A stretch of DNA of 64,000 nucleotides from Octopus vulgaris (taxonomy: Eukaryota): the NCBI GenBank assembly GCA_951406725.2, contig OX597819.1, forward strand, positions 119,722,001 to 119,786,000, read 5' to 3'. Numbering within the stretch: position 1 is the first letter of the stretch; each line of letters opens with the position of its first letter. The notes below the pieces were generated by a model. The model searched no databases. It worked only from the letters and a program-made list of their open reading frames with translations, and was not told the origin of the DNA. Both the position numbers and the translations under genes were made by a program. Of this stretch, positions 28,700 through 42,295 are shown piece by piece.

Positions 28700-29360
28700 C
28701 AATTGTTTCGGCCCCCGTTTACCACAGCTGAAAGTAAAATTTCCAAAAGCACGATGTTCCTTCGTTTCAGCTATCACAAAAATTGACAAACACGGTGAAA
28801 GTACTGCACAACAAAACGAACCACGAAACAGTGCGAAGACACACGACGATGCAGGTCAGCAGAGTGATGCCTAAAGGTTGCATTCTATGCCGCAGGTGTG
28901 AACTACAACGGGCTTGTCCCACACGGAAAGTTTCTAGTTACATTTGGGTACCTCCTTGTATATCACCATATCAAAAGCGTGCTGCTGAGTAATCCGTACA
29001 TATTGGTAGGACATGTTCTTCTTATGAAAGCTGATCGCATTCCGAAAATTCTTTTGCATGGCTAAAATGAAGAGGAATACCGCAATAAAAGAAATGCTCA
29101 ACAGTCATTAAAATCTTTGTTATTTAATTTGACATATTGGGAAATTTATTCCTTAGATCGATTTGCATGCTATAAAAGGTGTGATGATGCATCGAAACAG
29201 GGTTAAAGGAACAGAACAAGAAAACAATTATTTCCTGCAATCAACAGACACGTGTGTTCAATCCCAGACATAACGAAAATCATTAGTATCCCAATTGTGA
29301 CTTCACAGTAAAATCCATACTTGGACTTAAATTACATTCACGCATCCATCGAAAATAGGT
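28700..29360 (+). pseudogene. Highly degenerate RTE-like LINE 3' region
   Basis: frame-broken similarity to RTE post-RT motifs; C-terminal PNCDFTVKSILGLKLHSRIH resembles the terminal C2H2 knuckle of RTE ORFs. Confidence 0.45.
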
Positions 29361-29729
29361 GCAACTTTTATTTTTAAAGTTCATAACTATCTTTTTTTGG
29401 TTCAAAACCTTTCCTTCCGGTACTCATACATCGAAATCGACAGGAATGGTAGCTATCATGGCCAAGTAGTTGGGGGTGCTGCACTCACGGTCGAGAGGTC
29501 TTGGTCTCGATTACAAGACCGGGTAGTTCGTCGTGTTCTTGAGCAAAACATTTCATATCACATTGCTCTCCTATTACTTTGACACCTGATGCGTGCAGGC
29601 AACGTCGAATTGATGGAGAGTGAGGGCTAATGAGCGACACATACATTTGATCACTATAACCAAACCATATGTGAAAGTGGTTCATCGAAAAGCTGAACAC
29701 TCATACATAGTCTTGGACGGGAGATTCCT

Positions 29730-29845
29730 TCATCATCATCGAGATCATCATCATCATCACCCTCATCATCATCCTCATCATCCTCATCCTCATCCTCATC
29801 ATCCTCATTATTATTATCATTATTATTATTATTATTATTATTATT
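29730..29845. repeat. (CAT)n/(CATCCT)n/(TAT)n trinucleotide repeats
   Basis: direct inspection. Confidence 0.9.
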
Positions 29846-30404
29846 GAGTGAGAGAGCATTGCATGCCATCAAAGTGGCACTGGCGTAAAATATACGAAGT
29901 CTAGTATACCCATCATGACTACCCGTCTGATAAGTGTACTCTTGACACATGCATCACAAACATATGTGCGCGACATAGTGATCTCATATCAAGATTAATA
30001 GCCCATGACCTTGCAGGTGGTGCCCAGTTAGAATTTCTATTAGGTTGAGTAGCCCATCCTGCTCAAAAGGTCCCTGAATAAGGTTTGTTTAAGGATGAAG
30101 AATGAAAAACACGTTTCCAAAAGTGAATTATCCAAACCCCAAAGAATTCCTCTCAACACATGGTTATGATGCTCCGCCACTACTTCTGCTCGTGATCAGA
30201 GATGCACATATCATCAGCCACTAAAGGACAAGCTCAACTAATTAAGGTCAAGCAACTGATAAGCAAATCTGTGGTATTGAACATAATATTTGCAGTAACC
30301 CATCTTTTATTTATAACAAGACGAAACATGTACATGATAACACTTCCAGTCAGTTAAGATCAGGAACCATGAGAGCCACTGCCTGGTACTGCATCAGAGC
30401 ATTT

Positions 30405-30421
30405 ATCATTATTATTATTAT

Positions 30422-30484
<63 letters not shown>

Positions 30485-30505
30485 CAGCAGAAGCAACAGC
30501 AGTAG
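30405..30505. repeat. (TTA)n-(TAG)n-(CAG) trinucleotide repeat
   Basis: direct inspection. Confidence 0.9.
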
Positions 30506-31424
30506 TTCCTGAATATATTTTTCGTAGCATTTTTCTTACGGTGAAGATGTTAGTCAATTTCCTGTCAGCAAAGCTCTGTCAGCGCAGAAGGACATTAAAT
30601 ATTCCTAAAATAATCGAACCTTTCTAAAAATATGTGGTTCACGTGATATTCGCGCCGTTCGTTTGTTTCTTGACTTTTCTTTAAACAAATAAGAAATAGG
30701 AGAAAAAGTCCCAAGTTTTTAAATAATAAACGCGAATGCCATACATGGAAACATAAGACGTTGCTGAAACAATTTCCGGTTCCATTTACCATTTTCGCTT
30801 TCCTGTCTGAAGAACTATATTTCTCTTTACTAAGATGGCGTTTTTAGGAAATACAAGATCACCAAAACATTCTGTAAATGCTAAAATTGAGTGAAAGTGT
30901 CGGGGATGGTCGAATTGAGTTGTATTTAGTAGTTCAACTACGGTGGCTAAATCATTACCGCGTCGGACAAAGTGCTTACGGGCATTTCTTCCGGCTTCTT
31001 GAGTTCAGTTGTAACTGAGATCGAATTTCACGTTCGTCATTTCGGGTCCATAAAATGAATGAATAAATACCAGTTGCGCACTGGGTTCGATATGACTGAC
31101 TTACGTCTCCCCCCTAAAATTTCTGGTCTTCTGTCAAAACTTGAACCCAAGGCAACGAGCTGGCTGAATCGTTAGAGCGTCGAACAAAATGCATAAAGAT
31201 ATTTTTTATGACTCTTTATATTGGGAGATTAATCCCCAATGTTGATTAGCTTTTATTCCTTTCTGGGTCGATAAAAGAAATACGAAAAAAAACCCCAAAT
31301 TATTGAGATATTTAAAAGACTTTAAAATTATAAAGTTATAAAATTGTAATTTTTTTTAAAATTTATAAAAAATTAATAAAACAAAATTAAACACCTAAAA
31401 ATACATTAGCGGTATATATATAGA

Positions 31425-31580
31425 GTGGCCGTGTGGTAAGGAGCTTGCTTACCAACCACATGGTTCCGGGTTCAGTCCCATTGTGTGGCACCTTGGGCAA
31501 GTGTGTTCTACTATAGTCTTGGGCCACCCAAAGCCTTGTGAGCGGATTTAGTAGACGGAAACTGAAAGAAGCACCTCGTA

Positions 31581-31666
<86 letters not shown>

Positions 31667-32165
31667 TGTGTGTGTGTTTGTGTGTCTGTGTTTGTCCCCG
31701 CCAACTTTGCTTGACAACCGATGGTGGTGTTTTTAGGTGCCCGTAACCTATCGGTTTGGCAAAAGAGCCCGATAGAATAAGTACTAGGCTTCCAAAGAAT
31801 AAGTCAGTGGAGGCACATGGCCTAGTGGTTAGAGCAGCGGACTCGCGGTCGAGGGAACGCGGGCTCGAATCTCAAACCGGGCGGTGTGTGTATTTATTAG
31901 CGAAACACTTAAGCTCCACACGGCTCCGGCAGAAGGTAATGGCGAACTTCTGCTGACTCTTTCGCTACAATTTTCTCTCACTCTTTTCTCCCGCATCTTG
32001 CAGCTCACCTACGATAGACCGGCGCCAAGGAACTCGGGAAACCGGCCCTTATGAACCAGGCGTGTCTCGAGAAGGAACAAAGAATAAGTCCTGGGGTCGA
32101 TTTTCGTGACTAAAGGCGGTGCTCCAGCATGGCCGTAGTCAAATGACTGAAACAAGTAAAAGAGT
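31425..32165 (+). mobile_element. SINE family B interrupted by a family C SINE
   Basis: family B body resumes at 32091 after the insertion. Confidence 0.85.
31806..32077 (+). mobile_element. SINE family C nested in SINE B
   Basis: 13-bp TSD caaagaataagtc at 31793-31805 and 32078-32090. Confidence 0.85.
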
Positions 32166-33313
32166 AATGTAATCGATTAATTCACTGCTTCCAAAATTTC
32201 TGCCCTAACCCTTCTACTAGAAATCTTGGATGTTACCCTCTCGCCTATAGAACCAATTTTGGATTTCAAATACATACAACCGTTCATTTCGTTTTTCTGA
32301 ATTTGAATTAAATTTAATGCCTACCAGTTATATAATACGGGTGATGTTATCATCATCTATCGATCTTCTTTTATATAAATATAAGCTTCGTGTGTTTTAG
32401 AAAGTAATCGATATTGTAAGACTATCTAAAATAGTAGAGATGGTTGTAAAGATCGACGGCAATGCAAAGTGTAGAAAACACCAACGAAAACGGAAGAAAT
32501 ATAAAATTATTAAGAGATGGATAAAAGTACTGCAAAAAAAAGAAAAAGAACATTGGAAAACAAAAATTTGAACAGACTGTCAAGATAGGAAATGTATAGT
32601 TACTGACCCATTCATAAAGTTGTAATAACTTGTCGGAATGTTAGATTTTCGATCTTTCTACCAGTACACAGCGTAATGTGTTAAGTGAAGTATAGAGCAG
32701 GCGTCAACGTAGTATCATTCGTCTCATAACAAATGCTGTGTACGTAAGCTGTGTATTGAAAGAATACTCTGCTTGAGTTAGTAGTCTTATGTTCATGTTG
32801 ACTTTAGAAACCGATGTCTTATTTAATGCGCTTTACGCACTCGGTTCCTGGATGTAACTGTGTCTACATGCGTGTATATATGTTATTCGTGTGTTTACGA
32901 GGAAGGAATTTTTTTTTGCGATATGTACTAATAAAGATATTAGTATGAAGTATTTTCAGTCTACTTGCTTTTGCTGACGTCTACTTAGCGTATATTTTCA
33001 TTCTAGTATTCAAAAATTGCAAAAAAACGTCTGCAATATAGCAAATATATTTTTAGTATGAAACTTTTTGTTAAACAACATTCTGTCATACAGCTCTTAT
33101 TTATATCTTCCTTGTTTCGAATCTGTAGAAATCGTGTTCTTTTTTCTTTTTTTGTTTTCTCTTGTTTTTTAGGAAATTTCGAAAACCCTTTCTATTAACA
33201 TTTTCTCTTGGAGAACTTCCAATACTGTTAAACATCGATCATGTCAATATTTATTCGGCCATGTTTCCCACTAAGATTGTAGAATCTTTTCTGTTATATT
33301 GTATAATCTAAGT

Positions 33314-33744
33314 GTGGAGGCGCAATGGCCCAGTGGTTAGGACAGCGGACTCGCGGTCGTAGGATCGTTGTTTCGCCCAGAGGCTAGGGCAGCGGACTCG
33401 CGGTCGTAGGATCGTGGTTTCGATTCCCAGACCGGGCGTTGTGAGTGTTTATTGAGCGAAAACACCTAAAAGCTCCACGAGGCTCCGACAGGGGATGGTG
33501 ATGATCCCTGCTGTACTCTTTCACCACAACTTTCTCTCACTCTTACTTCCTGTTTCTGTTATACCTGTATTTCAAAGGGCCGGCCTTGTCACTCTCTGTG
33601 TCACGCTGAATATCCCCGAGAACTGCGTTAAGGGTACACGTGTCTGTGGAGTGCTCAGCCACTTACACGTTAATTTCACGAGCAGGCTGTTCCGTTGATC
33701 GGATCAACCGGAACCCTCGTCGTCGTAACCGACGGAGTGCTTCC
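33314..33744 (+). mobile_element. SINE with family C head (partly duplicated) and family D tail
   Basis: 11-bp TSD ataatctaagt (33303-33313, 33745-33755). Confidence 0.85.
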
Positions 33745-34431
33745 ATAATCTAAGTCCGTTTTCTGCCACGCAGTCATTGTTTTCTTTCGTTTCCATAAAA
33801 ACCTTTCTCATATGTATATAATGCCATGCTGTAGAAATACAATGCCAATCCTCCGTTAATGCTCATAAACATTTTTTCCATGAGAAATCTTCTTATTACA
33901 ACCATCGTCAAATTGGGAGAATAGTGTTGTTTTGTCTCGCATTCAACTGGAAAAGTTAGTTACAAGTTATGATATTTTCTAAGTTTTAATTAAGTTGGTG
34001 CTATTTTCTGTCAGGTTATTTCCTATCACACGAAAAATGGTACCCTATATTTCGTTCTTTATATTCTATAACTGAATATTATATATTCTAAGTATTAGTA
34101 AAATATACCTTTGTGCAATAATTCTCCTGGAAAATCTTTCATTATTTTCATAATAACTGTTCGTTTGACTTTTCCGGTAGACTGTCTTTTGTCTGTTTTG
34201 TCTGCTAAAATTCAATGTGAGTTTTAATATATTTTACAGATGGTTCTATCTATCAATATGCCTTTGTATTCATTATTGATATTATTGATTGGTAGTTTCA
34301 CTACGTACGAGTAACTTCGAGAATGCTACAATATGAGAGGATATTAGATCCGTAGAGGGAAAAGCGAAGTGGCAAATATTAGTTTTATGTTCCTCAAAAG
34401 TATATTAGTAATATAAGTTATACTTATGTGC

Positions 34432-34504
<73 letters not shown>

Positions 34505-34592
34505 TGTGTGTGTCTGTGTGTGTCTGTGTGTATATATAAGCACACACACATATTTATATATACATATAATTACACATATATATGTGAATCAG

Positions 34593-34644
<52 letters not shown>

Positions 34645-34954
34645 TATATATATATACACATACATTTATATAGACGTATCTATCTATCTATTTCTCTCTC
34701 TCTCTCCCTCTCTCTCTCTCTCTCGCTATATATTTTATATATATATATATATGTATGTATGTATGTATGTATATATATATAAATCATGACCAAAGGTGCA
34801 GAGATCACTTTCTCTGAACGAATAAGACAAAATAATCCAATGCTAGAGAGAGATCCATTAATAATGTAGTCCAAAACAATCGGAAGGACAGTGTTCCTCT
34901 GTGAGAGCGTGCAGTAAATAGTCAATTGAAAGAACACAGGAGAAAAGAAGAGAA

Positions 34955-35345
34955 AGAAAAAACAAAGAAACGTGAGGACATAGTAGAAGTATTAATATGA
35001 TGCACGGCGAAAAAACAGGGTTGTTGTTTTATGTTTCGACCATAGCTCTTCTACGAAAGCAGGAAAAACAGGAAAGTCCACAGTAAAAAGAGGAAGAATG
35101 AGGAAAAATCGACAACAGTCCACGCGCGGTCACTGAATATTACTTCAGAAATGTAACCTCACGTGGACTATGGGCGATTTTTCCTCATTCTTCCCTCTCT
35201 ATGGGCTCACCTATTTTTCCTGTTTCCGACGAAGAGCTATGGCTCGAAAATAGAACAAGAGCTCTCTTCTTTCGCCGAGCAACATATTAATATATTGCTT
35301 ATACTACGTCCTCATTTCTCTTTGTTTTTCCTTTTTCTTATTTTT
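34955..35345. mobile_element. Foldback element with degenerate hammerhead-like core in each arm
   Basis: arms ~34955-35133 and ~35152-35345 are reverse complements; right arm has guuu-CCGACGA-a-gagc-uaug-gcuc-GAAA (35221-35257). Confidence 0.6.
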
Positions 35346-35511
35346 TTTGGTTTTTCTTTCTTTTTCTTATTTTTTTCTGCTTTTGAACTGACTGTATACA
35401 CACACACACACACAAATATATACTCCTCTGTAAACAACATATATTGCAAATATAATTTTGAAGAACTTAAAACTAATACGTATGTCTATAAGTATATGAT
35501 ATAATGTATGA

Positions 35512-35554
<43 letters not shown>

Positions 35555-35813
35555 TGTGAGTGTGTCTGTGTGTATGTGTGTGTGTGGTGTGTGCGTGATT
35601 CTTTAGCTGATTTATAAACGGGCATAAGACGTCTTCAGAGATTCCTGAAAAAATACCTGAAATAATACTCAACATATATTTATGTCTGAATTTATTGTGA
35701 GCAGTACATTTTAATGTGAAAATATGTGGGTGCGTATATTTATGTACACACATCTATATGCGTATATATTCTTTTATTTTCTTTTTAGCTTCAGCTCAGG
35801 GCTGCGGCCATGC

Positions 35814-35888
<75 letters not shown>

Positions 35889-35968
35889 ATTTTAAATGAA
35901 TGTGAGAAATTAGATATTAATTTAATTAACATCGATTTCACACCAGTGGTCTAGCATATAAAAAAGTA

Positions 35969-36026
<58 letters not shown>

Positions 36027-36385
36027 AGGGGGTGGGCCCCTTAGATACTAACATGCTCATGTCAGTTACTACTCAATGTCCAATATGACTAAACATATTC
36101 CCAGTAGATTCAGGAAGCGCCGACTGCTCTAAAGCACGAGATGTAGCTTAAATCAACAAACAAACACAATTGTTATTGAGGATCAGTTGACAGAGAGAGG
36201 AAGAGACAAGTTAAGAGACAAGAAAAAAAGACGAAAAAGGGAATGGGATAGAAAGAAAGAAAGATGCAGAGTCGCGTGAGAGTTAATATCAAGGCTAACT
36301 TGATAAACAGAACAATCTTACTTAATAGGGTGCGTGCGTTTAGTCGTATAATATGTTAATAAAATAGAACATATGCGTATATATA

Positions 36386-36925
<540 letters not shown>

Positions 36926-36930
36926 GGATT

Positions 36931-36983
<53 letters not shown>

Positions 36984-37648
36984 AAAAAATGAAGTTTGAA
37001 AATGCTGCTATATTAGACAAATTTTAATTTTTATATATACATTATTTATTTAACATGTTTCGAATCTTGAAATGACGAATCTTATCAAAAATATACCCAC
37101 AAATATACCCACAAATATACCTACAAATATATACCCACTCATATACGAGGTAATCTTATTATAAATATATATATATATTTAGTAATGCCTCACTTTAAGA
37201 GGATCCGAGCGCTCTTGTTTACGAGTTTTATTTTTTACAATAAATATAAAACAATTAAACAACCATTTACTGTGTGTGGCAACACAAGTTCTCACACGTC
37301 TACACAGCTTCATATAGCGACGGAATAATAGCTTCTTCTAAGTCCGTCTATAGGTGCTTGTGAATCATCGGTGATCGAGTCTGCAAGTGATGGTGTGCGT
37401 GACTGAAAGTGACTCAGAAAACGATTATAATATTTTGATTTTTATTATGAATGATATTGACATTCTTTGTATTTCCAGAAAATATTATTTACATTATTTA
37501 GGCGCAAGAGTGGCTGTGCTTACCAGCCACACGGTTCCTGGCTCAGTCCCACTGCGTGGCACCTTGGGCAAGTGTCTTCTACTTTTGCCCCGGGCCCACC
37601 AAAACCTTGTGAGTGGATTTGGTAGACGGAAACTGAAAGAAGCCCGTC

Positions 37649-37726
<78 letters not shown>

Positions 37727-37834
37727 TCGGGGTGAGTACTTGATAATTATAAGCACCTGTGTATACCGTTTGGTGGTGTAGGTGGTGGAGTAAATTGATC
37801 AAAATAAAAATAAAAACATGAGGCAAAGGACTCA

Positions 37835-37912
37835 GCGGTACATATGTTTCGGGCCTTTATTAGACAGATTTATAACAAAGCATAATGTGTGTCTGTGGCC
37901 TTCTTCAGCCGC
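37835..37912 (-). ncRNA. Type-I hammerhead ribozyme, extended stem II
   Basis: reverse complement of the motif at 38838-38915. Confidence 0.75.
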
Positions 37913-38837
37913 GCACAACAGCTTCCACAAGGACATGTGTTACATCAAAAATTCTTGGTTGGGGATGCAAATCCTCTCGTTCACGTACGACATAATGCGG
38001 CAGCAGCATAGAATTGAAGCGTCCATCTCTTTCTTCTCTCAATGTAGAATGAGGAAACTTGGATGTTGAGGTAATGTAAATAAATAAATACGTATATAGA
38101 GGTGAAGATGGAGGGGCGGGAGTTCGGGACGAGGGATAAAAAATATGTATAAAAAATGTACGTATAGAATAATATAAAAATGTAGAGGATAAAGATATAA
38201 AGAGTTGTAAGGAGATGTAAAGGGGGTATAAAGAAATATAAAGAAATATAAATAAATGTAAAGGCATAAGGTTGTAAAGTAAAAATAGAAATGGAAATAA
38301 TAGTAAAAGAAGTAAAAGAACCTGATAAAAACATGATAAAAGTGTAAAAGAATGTAAAGATAAGGGATGTATAGAGGTCGCGGACCAAGCATGGTGGTCA
38401 GGAGATTGATAAAACTTAGTTGTAGAACTGTCAGTAAATTAACAGTTTCGTCGTAAATCAGAGCTGATGAGAATTTAATCTGGTTCCTTGAATTAAATGG
38501 ACTTCCAGTACATACATATCATCATGGATACATACACCCACATACACGCGTACATATACGTCTCCAAGCCTATAAGCATACATACGCACTCGCGTGTAGA
38601 CACGTACATAAACACACACGCACCCACACGCACGCGCGCACACACACATATATACATACAACAGAATATCCGCATATATAGACGGACATTACGCGCGTAC
38701 ACGCTCACATGTATATACGCGCGCCCCTCACTTCAATTCTATGCTGCTGCCGCATTATGTCGTACGTGAACGAGAGGATTTGCATCCCCAACCAAGAATT
38801 TTTGATGTAACACATGTCCTTGTGGAAGCTGTTGTGC

Positions 38838-38915
38838 GCGGCTGAAGAAGGCCACAGACACACATTATGCTTTGTTATAAATCTGTCTAATAAAGGCCCG
38901 AAACATATGTACCGC
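38838..38915 (+). ncRNA. Type-I hammerhead ribozyme, extended stem II
   Basis: gcgg-CUGAAGA-aggcc[acaga...ucugu cuaauaaa]ggccc-GAAA-CAUAUG-UA-ccgc; stem I gcgg/ccgc, palindromic ACAUAUGU stem III, GUA cleavage triplet ending at 38911. Confidence 0.75.
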
Positions 38916-38948
38916 TGAGTCCTTTGCCTCATGTTTTTATTTTTATTT

Positions 38949-39050
<102 letters not shown>

Positions 39051-39153
39051 TATATATATATATATACACCGATATATATATATATATATATCTGTGTATA
39101 TATACATATATACATATATATATGTATATATATATATATAAATGCACACACAG

Positions 39154-39185
<32 letters not shown>

Positions 39186-39444
39186 ATGTGTGTGTGTGTG
39201 TGTGTGCGTGTGCGTGTGTGTGTGTGTGTGTGTCTGTGTTAGTCCCCTCAACATCGCTTGACAACCAATACTGGTGTGTTTACGTTCCCGTAACTTTGCG
39301 GTTCAGCTAAAGAGACCGATAGAATAAGTACTAGGCTTACGAAGAATAAGTCCTGGGGTTCGATTTGCTCGACTAAAAGCGGTGCTCCAGCATGGCCACA
39401 GTCAAATGACTGAAACCAGTAAAAGAAAATTCTACTGTTATTTT

Positions 39445-40070
39445 ACAGGGAGAAGTCAAAAATTATCCACACTTTCCCCATAACAAATCTTTATTAGTGT
39501 TAGACTGCCTTCTGCTCATGCGTGCCTATAAATGGTTCTATTCGGGTCACGTGATCGAAGTTTGAGTCTTATCGTGCCATTTTTTCTTTCTGGCTTTACC
39601 GTGTAAGCATAGCAGCTCCACTAGCAATGTGCACCTAAAGGGAACAAAGAGCAGTGATCCGATTTCTCTGGAAAAGGGGTGTAAGACCAACAGTGCAAGA
39701 TACTGTTTTTCTGGCCAACAATCTAAAGCCAGCCATTAGCACCAAACGTCGAAGCCTGTTGTCGAAGGAAGTTTTGTTGTTGCATGACAATGCACGCCCA
39801 CACACTGCCGCTCAGACAGTTGAAACAATTAACCACTTGGATTTGAAGTGCTGGAGCACCCTGCGTACAGCCCAGATCTCGCCGCTTCTGACTATCATAT
39901 CTTTTGTTTATGTGATCTTCAATTTCCGACGGATGAACATGTGAAGGACGCGGTGTATAAATGGTTGCAGGACCAACCTAAAACATTCTTGGAAGGAATA
40001 AGGAAGCCTGTGGATGGCTGGACCACGTGTATCGAAAAAGACAGAGACTATATAGAAAATAACGCAACTG
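39445..40070 (+). pseudogene. Internally deleted mariner transposase relic
   Basis: LLHDNARPH and HPAYSPDLAASDY motifs in two frames. Confidence 0.85.
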
Positions 40071-40423
40071 GTACTTAATTTATCGACCTCGAAAGGATGA
40101 AAGGCAAAGTCGACCTCGGCGGAATTAGTACTCATAACGTAAAGACCGACGAAATACCGCTAAGCATTCCGCCCGGCCTTCTAACATTTCTTATTTCTTT
40201 ATTGCCCACAAGGGGTTAAACATAGAGGGGACAAACAAGGACAGACAAACGGTATAAGTCGATTATATCGAACCCAGTGCGTAACTGGTACTTAGTTAAT
40301 CGACCCCGAAAGGATGAAAGGCAAAGTCAATCTCGGCGGAATTTGAACTCAGAACGTAGCGGCAGACGAAATGCTGCTAAGCATTTCGCCCGGCGTGCTA
40401 ACGTTTCTACCAGCTCGTCGCCT
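40060..40423 (-). mobile_element. SINE family A, two adjacent units
   Basis: family consensus match; junction differs from the other multimers. Confidence 0.8.
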
Positions 40424-40762
40424 TGACATCGACGGATTTTGAACTCAGACCGTATTTATCTCCTGCTTTTGTGTAAACACATCGAAACAAGAAGGGTTCT
40501 TATAATTTTTGGCTCTCCCACGTATTTACGATTATTATAGATTTTATAAGTAAAGTATTTATCTGGGAATGAGCTATGCTTCATAACATTACTGCAATGG
40601 GAAATTATTACTCTGCTTTACGAGTTTTCGCATTACGAGCGTTCTCTGGGAACACATACAAATTAACTCGTATACCATGGAATGAAAATAGATAGATTTA
40701 TATATTTAACCGAGTGCATATATGTGGCTGCCTCTCGTTTATATTATCTCTCACTAAATATA

Positions 40763-40984
40763 CAGTAATCCATCGACTATCACGGGTGTTACGTTCCAAA
40801 AAACCCCGTAATAGGTGAAAATCCGCGAAGTACAAACAGTACTGTACTGTATATTTTTTAAAGTTATTTTCATAATTTGTTTATATATATATTTTATTAT
40901 AAATGCAAAACACTATGGAGTAATCGACATGAACTTAAGTAATAAACCGCGATAGGTGAACAGCGATATGGCGAGGGATTAATG
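40763..40984. mobile_element. pogo/Tigger-like MITE
   Basis: TA-cagtaatcc...ggattaatg-TA termini with subterminal repeats (ataggtgaa). Confidence 0.65.
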
Positions 40985-41179
40985 TATAGCAAATTACATA
41001 TATTGCAACGTGAGTGAGGGTTAATCATCAGTCAGAGTTTCACAAGTCAGACTTTTAAAAAAATGGCTGACTGCAAAAGCGACTCGCACAAATGCAACTT
41101 TGAATTAGATTTACTTTGTCTATGGAGATTACATTTCCGCTTCGTTTCAGTTGCCTCCAGTTTGAACCAAAAATTCTCT

Positions 41180-41243
41180 ATCCAACCAGCCAGCCAGCCA
41201 GCCATCCATTCATCCATCCATCCATCCATCCATCCATCCATCC

Positions 41244-41304
<61 letters not shown>

Positions 41305-41340
41305 CCTGTCTATCTGTCCGTCTATTTGTTTGTCTATCTA
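41180..41340. repeat. Compound (CCAG)n(CCAT)n(CTAT)n tetranucleotide repeat
   Basis: direct inspection. Confidence 0.9.
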
Positions 41341-42241
41341 TCATTCTCCCTATCTTATTCTGTGTCTCATTCTCTACACTCTCTCATCGTTTTACTTTCT
41401 TTCTTTGTACACACACACATACCCACACGTACACATACACACACACGCACTCACACACATGCACAAACACACACACACACACACAAACATACGTATATGT
41501 ACATGCAGAAATAAAATACACGCGTTACCAAACACACGCACATGCGTGCACACAAACAGCGAGAAACGCACCTATTTATATGCATGTGTGTGTGTGTATG
41601 TGTGTCTGCGTGAGTGTATATGTATGAGAACTATTCTAATATATGTGTGGAAGAACCATTAGCTTTTACGATATCAAATTCTACAAAGTAGATCATTGTA
41701 TGTAACTGCATGTCATTTTCATCCTTTATCTCTTTCTCTAGTAATCACCCTTACATTTTTATATATCTTCCTGCGAAATATTCTCTGATAATTTTCTAAA
41801 TTTATCAGAAACCAATATTAGGAAAATTACTTGTTATATATCGAGTATTTCTTTGGTGGAATTTTAAAAGGTAAGAATATGAATAATGGGAATGTGAAAT
41901 GCATTGTGTTAAGGAAAGAATAAAAAAAAAATTGCAAAAAGAAAAAAAAAATACGTGTAAGGATGCATAATATAATGGAGAAAAAATGACACAGAATATT
42001 GCAATATATGAATGAAGAAAAAAGAAATGAGATGGAGCACTATATCACTGCAGTTAAATATGCTGAAAAATGAATTGTGGTACAAAATAAAGCATTAATA
42101 TGAATAAAAATTACGTGAACAGAAATGATAAATAGAAAATTAAACAGATATAAGATAGATGAGATAGGATAAAAGAGACGTGATAAGGACGGTTTTGTAT
42201 GTGTGTATGTATATATATATATGTATGTATATGTGCCTGTG

Positions 42242-42295
<54 letters not shown>

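Noticed and set aside
29620-29950. His-rich or Asp/Asn-rich proteins
   Set aside because: Products of (CAT)n/(TAT)n repeats
37818-38069. Three-copy [21 protein letters not shown]... as a small gene family
   Set aside because: It lies antisense to the hammerhead-bearing PLE terminus; repeat identity explains the conservation
38462-38500. CTGATGA as another hammerhead core (also ~26250, ~30213, ~43322)
   Set aside because: No correctly placed GAAA or supporting stems
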